54,279 nt of DNA from Flavobacteriales bacterium (GCA_031421755.1 JANOPI010000208.1:1-54279), one strand, 5' to 3'. Positions 1 through 15,000 are shown, counted from the stretch's first letter. Program-made: numbers and translations. The notes: a model not told the origin generated them from the letters alone.

Positions 1-3000
1 ACCCAGGTCTTCATAGATGGTGGTACCATACCGGTGGCCACGCTCTTCGCCGGTCAGTACTACCGCCACGACATGGACTATTTGTCGGGCGGTGCGAACA
101 ACGCGACGTTCGTATCGGGTTCCAAGCCGCTCTATGCCATCCACGTTACTGGATTCGGGTGTGAGCAAGGCATGGCCATACTTCCGCCATTGAACTGCGC
201 GGGTAGTACGAACCTGAGTTTTACCCGATCCACCAACGAGGCCTTCTTCTTGAACCTGCTGGTGCGCAATGGATCACAGGACGATTTTGTGGTGAGTCCG
301 GCAACGGCGGCGATACCGGCCTCCGCGTTCCTGGCTGTGCCCGGCACAGGCGGCCAATGGATGGCTGCGCGTATCCAGTATAATACTACCCAGATCCCCG
401 TGAACCAGGCGTTCTCGGTGACCAACACCACCGATGTGTTCTCCTTGGCGATCATCAATGGTGGGGGAACATCGGGTTGCCGCTATGGCTTCTTCTCTGA
501 ATTCTCCGGGCGTATCGATGTGAGCGCGGGTGCTGACCAGACCCTGTGCGCCAGTGAACTTGTGGCACTGTCGGGCAGTGTTTCCGGGGGAAGCACCACG
601 GGTATCTGGACCTCCAACGGTAGCGGAACTTTCACACCGAACGCTACGGCATTGAACGCCACCTACGAACCGAGCGTGGGAGACTTGGCGTTAGGCACAG
701 TAACGCTAACGCTTACTTCCACCGGCAATTGCACCCCGGAGGATGATCAGATGTCGGTGACGTTCTCGCCGCTACCGATCCCCAATGCGGGTCTGGACCA
801 GTCCATCTGTTCCAACGATCCTTCGGTCGATCTGTCGGGTTCCGTGTTGAATGCCATCGGCGGTGTTTGGTCTGGCGGCGCGGGAAGTTTCCTGCCTGCC
901 ACCTCCAACCTCAACGCCACCTACACGCCCACTGCCGCTGAAATAGTAGGCGGTTCATTGTACATCCGCCTGACCACAACGGGCAACGGCGTGTGCGCTG
1001 CGGTGCAGGACAGTGTGCTCATCACGTTCACACCATCCCCTACGGTGAACGCGGGCATGGATCAGACGCGTTGTGCGAACAATGCGGTGGCCATGTTGAG
1101 CGGGTCCTTCACGGTCGCTACCGGTGTGAGCTGGAGCGGTGGTGCGGGCAGCTTCGACCCCAGCACAACCAACCAGAACGCAACATACACACCTACACCT
1201 GCGGAGATCGCGAGCGGCAGTGTCACGCTCACGCTCACCACTACGGGCAATGGCAATTGCCTGGCGGTGAACGATCAGATCACGCTCACGTTCACGCCCG
1301 GTCCAACAGCGAACGCAGGGGCCAACACATCCGCTTGCGCGAATAATGCGGCCATCAACTTGAATGGTAGCGTTACAGTGGCTACGGGTGGAATTTGGAG
1401 CGGCGGTACCGGTGTGTTCACCCCGAACAATACCACGCTCAATGCCACCTACACCCCCACGACATCGGAGATCGCAGCGGGTTCGTTGACGTTGACGCTC
1501 ACCACGATGGGGAACGGCACCTGCCTGCCAGCAACGAGCAGCCGAACCATCACCTTTACGCCTGCACCTACGGTGAATGCGGGTGCGAACGGGACGGTGT
1601 GCGCCAACAACAGCGCCATCACCTTGAACGGTGCCGTGGTGGGTGCAACGGGCGCGGTCTGGAGCGGTGGAACGGGAACGTACGCACCGACAAGCAGCAC
1701 GCTGAACGCGGTGTATACGCCAAGTGCTGCGGAACGCAGCGCTGGTTCGGTAACGTTGACATTGACCACTGTGGGCAACGGCACCTGCAATGCGGAGACT
1801 GCACAGGTCACCTACTCCATTACGCCTGAGCCTACGGCGAATGCGGGCAGCGACCGTGTGGTGTGCGCCAACAACGCAGCGGTCACCTTGAACGGAAGCT
1901 TCACGATCGCCACAGGCGGCGTGTGGAGCGGTGGCGCGGGCACCTTCGATCCCAGCACCACCAACATGAACGCGATCTACACGCCCTCCGCGGCGGAGAT
2001 CGCGGGCGGAAACGTTACCCTCACCTTGACCACCACGGGCAACGGCGGATGCGCAGCGGTTGTGGATCAAATGGTGATGAGCTTCACGCCCGCTGCGGTG
2101 GTGAATGCCGGTGCGCCAGTATCGGTCTGCGCGAACAATGCAGCAGTTGCCTTGAACGGAAGCGTGACCGGTGCGACGGGCGGTGCTTGGAGCGGTGGCG
2201 CCGGGAACTATGCGCCAAACAACACCACGCTGAACGCGAGCTACACACCAACGGCCGGTGAGATCGCCGCCGGAACATTGACGCTGACATTGACGAGCAC
2301 CGGCAACGGCACCTGCTTGCCTGTGACCAGTAGCCTCGTGATCACCTTCACGCCAGCACCTGTCGTTAATGCTGGTGCGAATTCATCGGTCTGCGCGAAC
2401 AACAGTGTGATCGGTTTGAATGGCTCCGTGTCCGGTGCGTCCTGCGGAACTTGGTCAGGCGGTGCAGGAACGTATGCGCCGAACAACACCACGCTGAACG
2501 CGACCTACACGCCAACAGCTGCCGAGCGCACTGCTGGTATTGTGACCTTGACCTTGACGAGCACAGGCAACGGCAACTGCAATGCGGTCGCCGATCAAGT
2601 AAACTTCACCATTACACCTGCACCAACGGCGAATGCTGGTGCGGATCAGACGCTGTGCAGCAACAATGCAGTGGCCACCTTGGGTGGATCGTTCACGACC
2701 GCGACCGGCGGCGTATGGAGCGGTGGCGCGGGCACTTTCGATCCGAGCACTACGAACATGAACGCGACCTACACGCCCACGGCGGCGGAGATCGCGACGG
2801 GTACGGTGACGATCACCTTGACAACGACCGGCAACGGTACGTGCAACCAGGTAGCGGACAACATCACGCTGAACTTCACGCCTTCTCCGGTGGTGAATGC
2901 GGGCGCTGCTGTTTCGTTGTGCGCGAACAATGCACAGGTGGCCTTGAACGGAAGTGTGAGCATTGCAACGGGTGGCATCTGGAGCGGTGGAGCAGGATCG

Positions 3001-6000
3001 TTCACACCGAACAACACCACGCTGAACGCGAGCTACACACCAACCACTGGTGAGATCGCCGCAGGCACGCTGACGTTGACATTGACCAGCACGGGCAACG
3101 GTAATTGCAATGCGGTAGCGGCAAGCCGTGTGATCACCTTCACGCCAGCACCTGTCGTTAATGCTGGTGCGAATGCATCGGTCTGCGCGAACAACAGCGC
3201 GATCAGCTTGAACGGTTCAGTGACCGGTGCTGCCGGCGGAACATGGACGGGCGGAGCAGGAACATATGCGCCGAACAACACCACGCTGAACGGGACCTAC
3301 TCACCAAGCGCTGCGGAACGCGCCGCTGGAACAGTAACACTGACCTTGACCAGCGCAGGCAACGGCAACTGTAATGCGGTCGCCGATCAAGTGACCTTCA
3401 TTATTACGCCTGCTCCGACGGCGAACGCTGGTGCTGACCAGACGCTGTGCAGCAACAATCAGGTGGCCACCCTGAACGGCGGTTTCACTGTCGCAACAGG
3501 TGGTGTATGGAGCGGCGGCGCGGGCAGCTTCGACCCGAGCACCACGAACATGAATGCGACCTACACACCGACGGCGGCGGAGATCGCGAACGGCAGTGTT
3601 CTGCTCACGCTCACTACGACCGGCAACGGAACCTGCGACCAAGTGGCGGACAACATCACCTTGAATTTTTCGCCTTCGCCCGTGGTGAACGCCGGTGCGG
3701 ATGTATCGCTCTGCGCGAACAACGCGGCCATCGCTTTGACCGGCAGTGTTTCCGTGGCCAGTGGTGGCGTATGGACCGGTGGCTTGGGCAGCTTCAACCC
3801 GAACAACAGCACGATCAACGCGACCTATACGCCGACCGCAGCCGAGATCGCGGCAGGCACCTTGACGTTGACGTTGACCAGCACGGGTAACGGTACGTGC
3901 AGCGCGGTAGCGGACAGCCGTGTGATCACCTTCGCGCCAGCGCCAACGGTGGATGCCGGAGCGAATGGAACAGTGTGCGCGAACAACAGCGCCATCCCCT
4001 TGAACGGCGCAGTGACCATCGCCACCGGCGCGATCTGGAGCGGCGGCACCGGAACGTTCAGCCCGAACAACAGCACGCTCAATGCCACCTACACGCCCAG
4101 TGCAGCGGAGCGTACGGCTGGTTCGGTGGTCCTCACGTTGACCTCGAACGGGAACGGCAACTGCAACCCGGTGAGCGATCAGGTGACCTTCAGTATCACA
4201 CCTGCACCGACGGTCACAGCTGGTGCGGACCAAACACTCTGCGGCAACAACGCGAACGCCACCTTGATCGGTGGATACACGGTGGCCACGGGCATCATCT
4301 GGACGGGTGGCGCAGGAACGTTCACGCCCGGTAACACGGCTGTGAATCCTGTCTACACACCAACGGCCACGGAGGTCGCCAACGGCAGCATCACCCTGAC
4401 AGCAACGACCACCGGTGTTGGCTCTTGTACCGCTGTGAGCGATGCGATGACGCTGACTTTCACACCAGCACCAACTGCCAACGCGGGTGCCGATGTCACG
4501 TTGTGCGCGAACAATGCGAGCGTAGCACTGAACGGCATCATCAGCCTTGCCGCAGGTGGTGTGTGGAGCGGCGGCGCAGGAACGTATTCACCGAACAACA
4601 CGGCACTGAACGGGACCTACACTCCGACCGCTGCGGAACTCGCCGGAGGCATCCTCACGTTGACCTTGAGCACCACCGGCAATGGAACGTGCAACGCCGC
4701 TACCGATAGCCGCGTGATCACCTTCACGCCTGCACCGATCGTGAATGCTGGTACGAACGGAACGGTGTGCGCGAACGCTTCCACCATCACCTTGAACGGA
4801 ACCGTATCCGGAGCTGGGGGCGGCATCTGGAGCGGTGGCACGGGCACCTTCTCCCCGAACAACGCGACACCGAACGCCACGTACGTTCCGAGCGCTGCAG
4901 AACGTACCGCAGGCACAGTAACGCTCACGCTCACGAGCACCGGCAATGGTCTGTGCAACGCGGTGAACGATGCAGTGACCTTCGCCATTTCACCTGCACC
5001 AACAGCCAACGCTGGAGCGGACCAAACGTTGTGCAGCAACAGTCCGGTGGCCACGTTGAACGGTGCTTACACCGTGGCCACGGGAGCTGTCTGGAGCGGT
5101 GGTGCTGGCACGTTCTTCCCGAGCACGATCAATATGAACGCGACCTACACGCCGACGGCTGCGGAGATCGCGAACGGAAGCGTAATGCTCACGCTGACCA
5201 CATCGGGCAACGGGTTGTGTACGGCTGTAGGCGACAACATCATCGTGAACTTCACGCCTTCGCCCACTGCGAACGCTGGTGCGGATGCATCGGTCTGCGT
5301 GAACAATCCGGTTGTCGCGCTGAACGGTGGTGTCACCATCGCCACGGGCGGTATCTGGAGTGGGGGCACGGGGTCCTTCACGCCGAACAACACCGCACTG
5401 AGCGGCACCTACACACCCACTGCCGCAGAACTCGCAGCGGGTACCATCACATTGACGTTGACCACCACGGGAAACGGCAACTGCGTGGCTATTGCGGATA
5501 GCCGTGTGATCACCTTCACGCCAGCGCCGCTGGTGAACGCGGGCACCAACGGAACGGTATGCGCAAACGCGCCGCTGATGAGCTTGAACGGCAGCGTGAT
5601 TGGTGCAACCGGTGCCATTTGGAGCGCTGGCGCAGGAACTTTCACGCCGAACAACACCACACTGAACGCGACCTATGCACCGACCGCTGCGGAGATCACC
5701 AGCGGCAGTGTGACGTTCACCCTGACCTCTGCTGGCAACGGCAACTGCAGTGCGGTAACGGGCCAGGTCACTTACATGATCACGCCTGCTCCCACTGCGA
5801 ACGCCGGTGCGAACATCTCGCGCTGCTCCAACAACGCCAATGCCGCGCTGAACGGAAGTGTCACGGTCGCGACCGGTGGTGTCTGGAGTGGCGGCAACGG
5901 AACATTCAACCCGAGCAACACCAACCTCGGTGCGGTGTATACGCCGAGCGCTGCGGAGATCGCCAACGGTAACGTAACGCTGACCTTGACCACCACGGGC

Positions 6001-9000
6001 AATGGCCTGTGTTCGGCTGTCACCGACAACGTGCTGCTCACTTTCACGCCTGCACCCACGGTGAATGCCGGTGCGGATGTGTCCATCTGTGCGAACAACG
6101 CGGTGATCGCTTTGAGCGGCACGGTTGGTGGGGCGACCGGTGGTGTGTGGAGTGGCGGCAACGGATCCTTCACGCCGAACAACACGACCCTGAATGCTAC
6201 CTACACGCCCACGCCCGCGGAGATCGCCAACGGTATTCTTACGCTCGCACTGAGCACCACGGGCAATGGCAACTGCAGTGCGGTTTCCGATGAGCGCGTG
6301 ATCACGTTCACGCCTGCGCCCACGGTGAACGCTGGTGTCAATGGCACGGTCTGCGCGAACCACTCGGCGATCACCTTGGCCGGTTCAGTTGCTGGCGCCA
6401 CGGGAGGTGCCTGGAGCGGTGGCGCGGGGACTTTCGCACCGAACAATACCACGCTCAATGCGGTGTACACGCCAACGGTCGCTGAACGCGCAGCGGGTAG
6501 TGTGAACCTCACCCTGGCCAGCACCGGCAATGGCAACTGCAGCGCTGTGAGCGATCAGGTGTTGTGGACCATCAGCCCAGCACCAACAGCGAATGCAGGT
6601 GCGGATCAAACGCTCTGCGCGAACAATACCGTGGCCACGTTGACTGGCGGTATCACCATAGCGACCGGCGGTGTTTGGAGCGGTGGTGCCGGGACCTTCA
6701 GTCCGAGCAATAGCAACATGAACGCGACTTACACGCCTACAGCGGCGGAGATCGCGAACGGCAACGTCACCCTCACCCTTACCACCACGGGCAACGGCCT
6801 GTGCAACCCGGTGAGCGACAATATTGTCCTGAACTACACGCCAGCTCCGGGTGTGAACGCCGGTGTCGATGCGAGCTTCTGCGCGAACAACGCGGCCATT
6901 GCCTTGAACGGTAGTGTGACCATCGCCAGCGGTGGCATTTGGAGCGGTGGCCTCGGCAGCTTCACGCCGAACAACACCACGCTGAACGCTACCTATGCGC
7001 CAACGCCTGCTGAGATCGCGGCGGGCACGCTCACGTTGACCTTGAGCAGTAGCGGCAACAACAATTGCACCGCGGTATCGGACAGTCGTGTGATCATCTT
7101 CACGCCAGCACCAACTGTGAATGCCGGGCCGAATGGAACGGTCTGCGCCAACAACGCAGCGATCAGTTTGAACGGCGGCATCACTACCGCGACCGGAGCC
7201 ATTTGGAGCGGCGGAACAGGCGCGTTCAGTCCGACCAACAGCACGCTGAACGCGAACTACACACCGAGCGCAGCGGAGCGCACGGCCGGTACGGTCACGC
7301 TTACGCTTACCACGGTAGGCAACGGCAATTGCACTGCGGTGAACGACCAGGTGACGTACAGCATCACGCCAGCACCCACTGCCAACTCGGGTGCGGATCG
7401 GGTACTCTGCGCCAACAATGCTTCGACCGGATTGTCCGGCGCGTTCTCCATCGCTACAGGCGGTGCGTGGAGCGGCGGCAACGGCACCTTCGACCCGAGC
7501 ACCACCAACATGAGCGCGATCTACACGCCGACCGCAGCGGAGATCAGCGCAGGAAGTGTGACACTTACACTCACCACCACGGGAAACGGCTTGTGCAATG
7601 GGGTGACCGACCAAGTGGTGCTCACCTTCACTGATGCACCTTCTGCGAATGCGGGTGCTGATGTCACGCGTTGCGCGAACAATGCGGCCGTGGTGCTCGG
7701 TGGAAGTGTGGTAACCGCTGCGGGCGGGGTGTGGAGCGGTGGGGCGGGAACCTTCGCGCCGAACGCGAACACGCTGAATGCGACCTACACACCCGGTGCT
7801 GCGGATATCGCCTCCGGACAGATCACCTTGACGTTGACCACTACGGGCAACGGCAATTGCACGCCGGCTTCGGATACGCGGGTCATCACCTACACTCCAG
7901 CGCCCATCGTGAACGCGGGAGCGAACGGTGTGGTGTGTGCGAACGCCCCATTGATAACCTTGAACGGAACCGTGAACGGAGCTGTGGGCGGTGTGTGGAG
8001 CGGTGGTGCCGGCGTTTTCTCACCGAACAGCATCACGCTGAACGCGGCGTATACGCCGACCGCTGCGGAGATCGCCAATGGTAACGTAACGCTCACGCTC
8101 ACTTCGGCAGGAAATGGCTTGTGCAACGCTGTGGCGGATCAAGTGACGTTCACCATCACGCCAGCTCCGACCGTGAACGCTGGAGTGGATCAAACGCTGT
8201 GCGGCAACAACGCGAACGCCGTGCTGAACGCGGCGATCACGGTAGCAACGGGCGTGCAATGGTCCGGCGGTTCCGGTCTCTACGCACCGGGCAGTACGGC
8301 ACAGAACATCACCTACATGCCCTCGCCGATCGAGATCGCGAACGGCAGTGTGACGCTCACCGTGACCACCACGGGAAATGGCAACTGCGGCGCTGTTGCC
8401 GATCAAGTAACGCTGACGTTCACGAATGCTCCGATGGCCAACGCTGGTGCGGACCAGACGGTGAGCAGCAACAACGCGAACACCACCTTGGCGGGAACCT
8501 TCAGCATCGCCACCGGCATTGTGTGGAGCGGTGGCGCAGGTACCTACAACCCGAACAACACTACGACCAATGCGGTGTACACGCCGACCAATGCGGAGGT
8601 CGCTGCGGGCAGTGTGACCTTGACGATGACCACCACGGGCAATGGGGCCTGCGCGCCTTCGAGCGATCAGATGACGATCGCCTTCGGGGCAGCACCTACT
8701 GCGAACGCGGGAGTGGATCAGACTATTTGCGCGAACAACGCCAGTCTGGTGTTGAACGGCCAAGTGGCGATCGCGACCGGAGGTATCTGGAGTGGTGGAA
8801 CTGGAACCTACACGCCGAGCAGCGGAGCCCTCAATGCGACCTATGTTCCCAGCGCAGCCGAGATCGCGTCCGGTACGTTAACGCTCACGCTCACCACGGT
8901 GGGCAATGGCAACAGCAATCCGGTAACCGATCAGATGACGGTCACCATCATACCTGCACCGTTGGTGAACGCGGGCTCCAACCTCAGCGTGTGCGCCAAC

Positions 9001-12000
9001 CAATCCACTGCACAGCTGGCCGGTATCGTGAACCACGCGACCGGTGGTGTGTGGAGCGGTGGGTCGGGCACATTCAACCCGAGCAATACGAACCTCAACG
9101 CGACCTATACACCAACTCCTGGAGAGATCGCCGCAGGAACTGTTATGCTCACGCTCACAAGCACCGGCAATGGTCTGTGCAATGCCGTGAGCGATCAAGT
9201 GGTGATCAACATCGCGCCAGCACCTTTTGTGAATGCGGGTCTGGATGCAACGGTCTGCTCGAACAACGCAGCAGTGCAACTCGCCGCTATGGTGACCAAC
9301 GCGGGTGGTGGCATCTGGAGCGGTGGTACCGGCGGCTTCTCGCCGAGCATCACTGCCCTGAACGCGGTCTACACACCGAGCACAACAGAACTGAACAACG
9401 GATCCGTAACACTGAGCTTGACCAGCACCGGCAACGGTACATGCGCCCAGGTCACGGATCAGGTCTTCATCGTTTTCACGCAAACACCAGCGGTGAATGC
9501 TGGTGCGGATGTGACCGTGTGTGCCAACGGTGCTATGGTGAACCTCAATGGATCTGTGACGATCGCGGGTGGTGGCATCTGGAGCGGCGGTGGTGGCACG
9601 TTCAGCCCGAACGCCAACACGCTCAACGCAACTTACGCACCGAGCCCTGCGGAAGTGGCCCTCGGTACCGCGACCCTCACGCTCACCTCCACGCAGAACG
9701 GCTTGTGTAACCCGGTGAGCGATGCGTTGACCATCACCATTATCGCGGCACCTGTGGCCAATGCGGGCAACAACATCTTCGTTTGCAGCAACAACGCCAA
9801 CGTACAATTGGGCGGCAGTGTCAGTGGGGCTGGCGGTGGCCAATGGAGCGGTGGTGCGGGAAACTTCACGCCGAGCATCGCTTCGCTGAACGCAGTGTAC
9901 ACACCGACCCCTGTGGAGATCGCAGCGGGGACGTTGACGCTCACCTTGACCACGATCGGTAACGGCAATTGCGTGCCGGTTTCGGACAACGTGCTCATCA
10001 CGTTTACGGCATCACCTACAGCAGAAGCTGGAACGGGTGCTATGTTCTGTGCGAACAACGCGAGCATCCAACTGAATGGCAGTGTCACCGTGGCCAATGG
10101 TGGCGCTTGGTCCGGCGCACAGGGCAGCTTCAGCCCGAACGCGAACAACCTGAGCGCGGTGTACACGCCGTCCGTAGGTGAACTCGCCGCTGGCAGTGTC
10201 ACGCTCACCTTGACCACTACAGGCAACAACGGCTGTACTTCCGTTAGCGATCAAGTGACCTACACCTTCACGCCCGCACCAACAGCCAACGCCGGCATGG
10301 ACCTGAACAGCTGCGCGAACAGTGCGATCGTTCAATTGAACGGCGCTGTTACGGTGGCTACCGGAGGACTGTGGACCGGTGGAACGGGTGGCTTCAGTCC
10401 GAACGGCGGCACGCTCAATGCGACCTACACACCAAGCGCGGCGGAGATCGCGGCGGGTACTGCGGCACTCACGCTGTCCACGGTAGGTAATGGTATCTGC
10501 AGCGCGGTATCCGATCAAGTGGTGATCACCATCGCACCTGCGCCCATCGTGGATGCGGGTTCGAACCAGTCGGTGTGTGCGAACAACGCCACATTGCAGC
10601 TGAACGGCTCGGTGTTGAACGCTACCGGTGGCACCTGGAGCGGTGGCGGAACGTTCAGCCCTGCATCCAGCGCGCTCAACGTAAGCTACACACCAAGTGC
10701 TGCGGAGATAGCCGCAGGTTTGGCGACACTCACCTTGACCAGCACCGGGAACGGGCTGTGCAACGGGGTAAGCGATCAGGTGGTGATCACGATCACACCA
10801 GCGCCCGTTGCGGAAGCGGGTGCGGGCGCTGTGTATTGCGTGAACAATGCGAACATCCAACTCGCGGGGAGCATCACTGTGGCGAACGGCGGCACCTGGT
10901 CCGGTGCGCAAGGCACGTTCAACCCCCATGCGAATGCGCTCAATGCGGTGTACACGCCTTCTATGGGTGAACTCGCGGCAGGGTCTGTTACGATCACGCT
11001 CACCTCCACGGGCAACAATGGTTGTGTGGCGGTGAGCGACCAAGTGACCTACACCTTCACGCCTGCGCCGACCGTAAGTGCCGGTGTGGACCTGAGCAGC
11101 TGCGCGAACAATGCCGCTGTTCAACTCACGGGTGCGATCACGGTGGCAACAGGTGGGCTGTGGAGCGGAGGGACGGGAACGTTCAACCCGAACAATAGCA
11201 CGCTGAACGCGAGCTACACGCCGAGTGCGACAGAGATCTCATCAGGAACGGCAACACTCACGCTTACCACGGTTGGCAACGGCCTCTGTAATGCGGTTAG
11301 TGATCAGGTATCGATCATCATCGCACCATCACCCATCGTGGATGCCGGCGCTGCGATCCAAGTGTGCGCGAACAACACGGATGCCCAGCTCAACGGATCC
11401 GTGCTGAACTCTACAGGCGCTATATGGAACGGCACAGGGACTTTCAGCCCGAATGCGACAACCCTGAACGCGATCTACACACCGACCGCTGCGGAAGTGA
11501 CAGCGGGCAGTGCTGTCATCACCTTGACCAGCACCGGCAATGGACTGTGTACCGCTGTTAGCGACAACGTTTCGATCACCTTCACGCCAGCACCTCTTGT
11601 TGAAGCGGGTGTTCCCCAAACGCTCTGCGCGAACTACGCTGCACTGCAATTGGCTGGAAGTGTTTCCGGTTCTACAGGCGGCAACTGGAGCGGTGGTGCA
11701 GGCACTTTCGCACCGAATGCGAGCGCGCTGAACGGCGTATACACGCCGAGCAATGCGGAGATCACCTCGGGCAGCTTGTGGTTGTTCCTGTCGTCGACCG
11801 GCAATGGTGGTTGCAACGCGGCTCACGATTCCGTGCAGGTGTTATTCACACCAGCGCCGACGGTAAATGCCGGAGCCGATGCCCACGTATGCGCCAGTGA
11901 TGCGGAAGTGGGATTGAACGGTGCGGTGACGGTGGCCACCGGAGGCATTTGGATGGGCGGTGATGGTGTCTTCGTACCTGACAACACGACGCTCAATGCA

Positions 12001-15000
12001 GCCTATACACCCAGCTTGGGCGAGATAGCCGCAGGCGAGGTGACCTTGGTCCTCAAGTCAACGGGCATCGGAAACTGCATCGCGGAGCAAGACAACATGG
12101 TGATCAGCATCGATCCTGTTCCAGTGGTGAACGCCGGTCCCGACCAGTCGATCTGTGCCAACAACCCGAGCCTGGAATTGAACGGGTTCGTGGGCAACGC
12201 ACCCGGGGCCATTTGGAGCGGGGGCAACGGCACCTACGTGTCCGGCACGAACTCCACGGCAACACAATACCAACCGACCGCAGCGGAGATCGCATCGGGA
12301 TCCATTACCTTCATGCTCACGACCACAGGTACTGCCATCTGCAACGCGATGAGCGATCAGATGACGGTCACCTTCACCGGTGCGCCGATCGTTGATGCCG
12401 GTCCCGATCTCGCGATCTGCGCCAACAACAGCGCGGTGCAACTGACCGGCAATGTGACCAACGCCAACGGTGGAGTATGGTCAGGCGGCAATGGAACGTA
12501 CGCACCCTCCAATAGCGTTTTCGCTCCGGTGTACACTCCGACGGCAGCGGAGATCGCCTCGGGCAGTACCACGCTCACACTTACCAGCACGGGCAACAGC
12601 AACTGTTTCGTGGAGGACGATCAGGTGCTTATCACATTCACCCCGGCTCCGGTTGTGAATGCGGGTATCGATGTTGATGTATGTGAGAACAACCCGATAG
12701 TGACCCTCAGCGGCTCCATCACCGGGGCTACTGGAGGTCTGTGGAGTGGTGGTCTGGGCACCTTCTCCCCCGATGCGAACACGCTGAACGCACAGTACAC
12801 GCTCACGCCATTCGAACTGCAACAAGGCAGCGTCACGCTCACCGTGACCAGCACGGGCAACGGCAACTGCCTTGCGGTGAACGATCAAGTGACGATCGAT
12901 GTAACGCCTGCACCGCTGGTGAATGCCGGTGCGGACATCACGGCGTGCTCCAACGAGTTGGATGTGCCGCTGAACGGAACAGTAGGCGCTGGTGCCACCA
13001 CCGGTGAGTGGAGCACATCGGGTACCGGCACCTTTATTCCGAATGCGAACATCCTGAACGCCAATTACATCGCCAGCAGCCTCGATTCGCTGAACGGCAG
13101 TGTGGAGCTCGCGCTCACGTCTACGAACAACGGACTATGCACCAGCGTGAGCGATATGCTGACGTTGACCATCCTGCCGAACGCCATCGCGAGTGCCGGT
13201 ATGGACCAATCGGTGTGTGCTTCCGAAACGACCGTCGCGCTCAATGGAACGATCATCGGCAACGCCACACAAGGCACATGGACCACCAATGGCGCGGGCA
13301 GTTTCGCGCCGAATGCGGATGCCGCCAATGCGGTCTACACCATTGCCCCGAGCGATGGACTGAGCGGCACGGTCACCTTCACATGGAGCGTGAACAGCTG
13401 CGACAACGCCATGGACCAGATGACGCTGACCATCGTGCCAGAGTCACAAGCCAATGCTGGCAATGATCTCGTGGTCTGCGTGGACGATCTCGATGTGCTG
13501 ATCAACGGCAGTGTGAGCGGTGCGTTCACCACGGGTGTTTGGAGCACACTTGGGACCGGCACGTTCCAGAATACTACCAGTGCTTTGGCGAACATATACA
13601 ACGCGAGCGTTCAGGATTCACTGACCACCGGAGTTGATCTGATCCTCACAGCAACAGGCACCAGTGTTTGCCCTGCGGCTGTGGATACACTCCACATCGA
13701 CATCCTGCCTTTCGGTACCGTGAACGCCGGTCCGGACCTGAGCTACTGCGCGAACAACGCGGTGGTGCAGTTGAACGGATCGCTGGTGGGGGATGCCAAC
13801 GGGATCCAGTGGTCCACATCCGGGACTGGTCAGTACTTCCCGAACAATGCGGTGCTAACACCGACGTACATACCGAGTGCCGCAGACACTATCAACGGTA
13901 GCGTGACATTAGTGCTGAGCGCGCTGAACAGCTGTAATGCGGCTACCGACGCGATGGTACTGGAACTCACGCCTGCCCCTGTGGTGAGCGCTGGTCCTGA
14001 CCAGACCTACTGCAACCAGGTCACGAGCTTCGACCTGAATGGTACGATCAGCGGTATCACTTCCACCGGCATCTGGAGCACCACGGGTACGGGCACCATC
14101 GGCAATACCGGGTTACTGAACACGACCTACGCGGCAAGTGCTGCTGATGTTGACGCTGGGGAGATCAGTTTCACGTTGACCTCGCTGAACAACGCCAACT
14201 GCAGCGCGGTGACCGAGCAGATGACGATGTACCTCACCGATGGTCTCGCTGCGGATGCGGGTCCGGACCAGAGCGTGTGCGTGCTCGGCACCTTCGCACA
14301 ACTGCAAGGCGATATCATCAACGGATCGCCATCGGGCCTCTGGTCCGCCAGTGGTTCCGGATCCTTCGTGCCAGGTCCTGATGTGCTGAACGCGCAGTAC
14401 CACTTCTCTGCAGCGGACGTCACCAACGGCAGCGTGGTGCTCACCTTGCTCAGCACCAACACGGGCACTTGTCCGCCGGTGCAGGATCAATTGGTCCTCA
14501 CCTTCGGCAACACCAGCTTCGCGTTCGCCGGTGATGATCAGGTAGTGTGCGCGAACTCGCCGCTCGTTGAGCTCAATGCCAACTTCAGCGGCGGGGCCCA
14601 AGGCGTGCAGTGGAGCAGCAACGGCAGCGGCTTCTTCAGCAATACAACGGCGGCCGATGCGAGCTATACGTTGAGCGCAGCGGATCTTGCTGATGGCACT
14701 GTACAGCTCACGCTCACGACGATCACCAATGGTGCATGCTTACCGGTGAGCGATGTATTGACCGTTGGGGTGCATGCGCTCCCTCAGATCAATGCGGGTG
14801 CGGACCTCGTGGCCTGCACCGCCGAAGCTGTGCAGCTCATCGCCAACGCGCTGAACGCACCTTCAGGAACCTGGAGCAGCTCGGGTACTGGATCGTTCCT
14901 GAACGCGGACGCGCTCACTACGCTCTATACCCCGAGCGCTGCTGATAGCACTGCCGGAAGTATCACATTGACCGTGACTACCACCGGTGTCGATCCCTGC

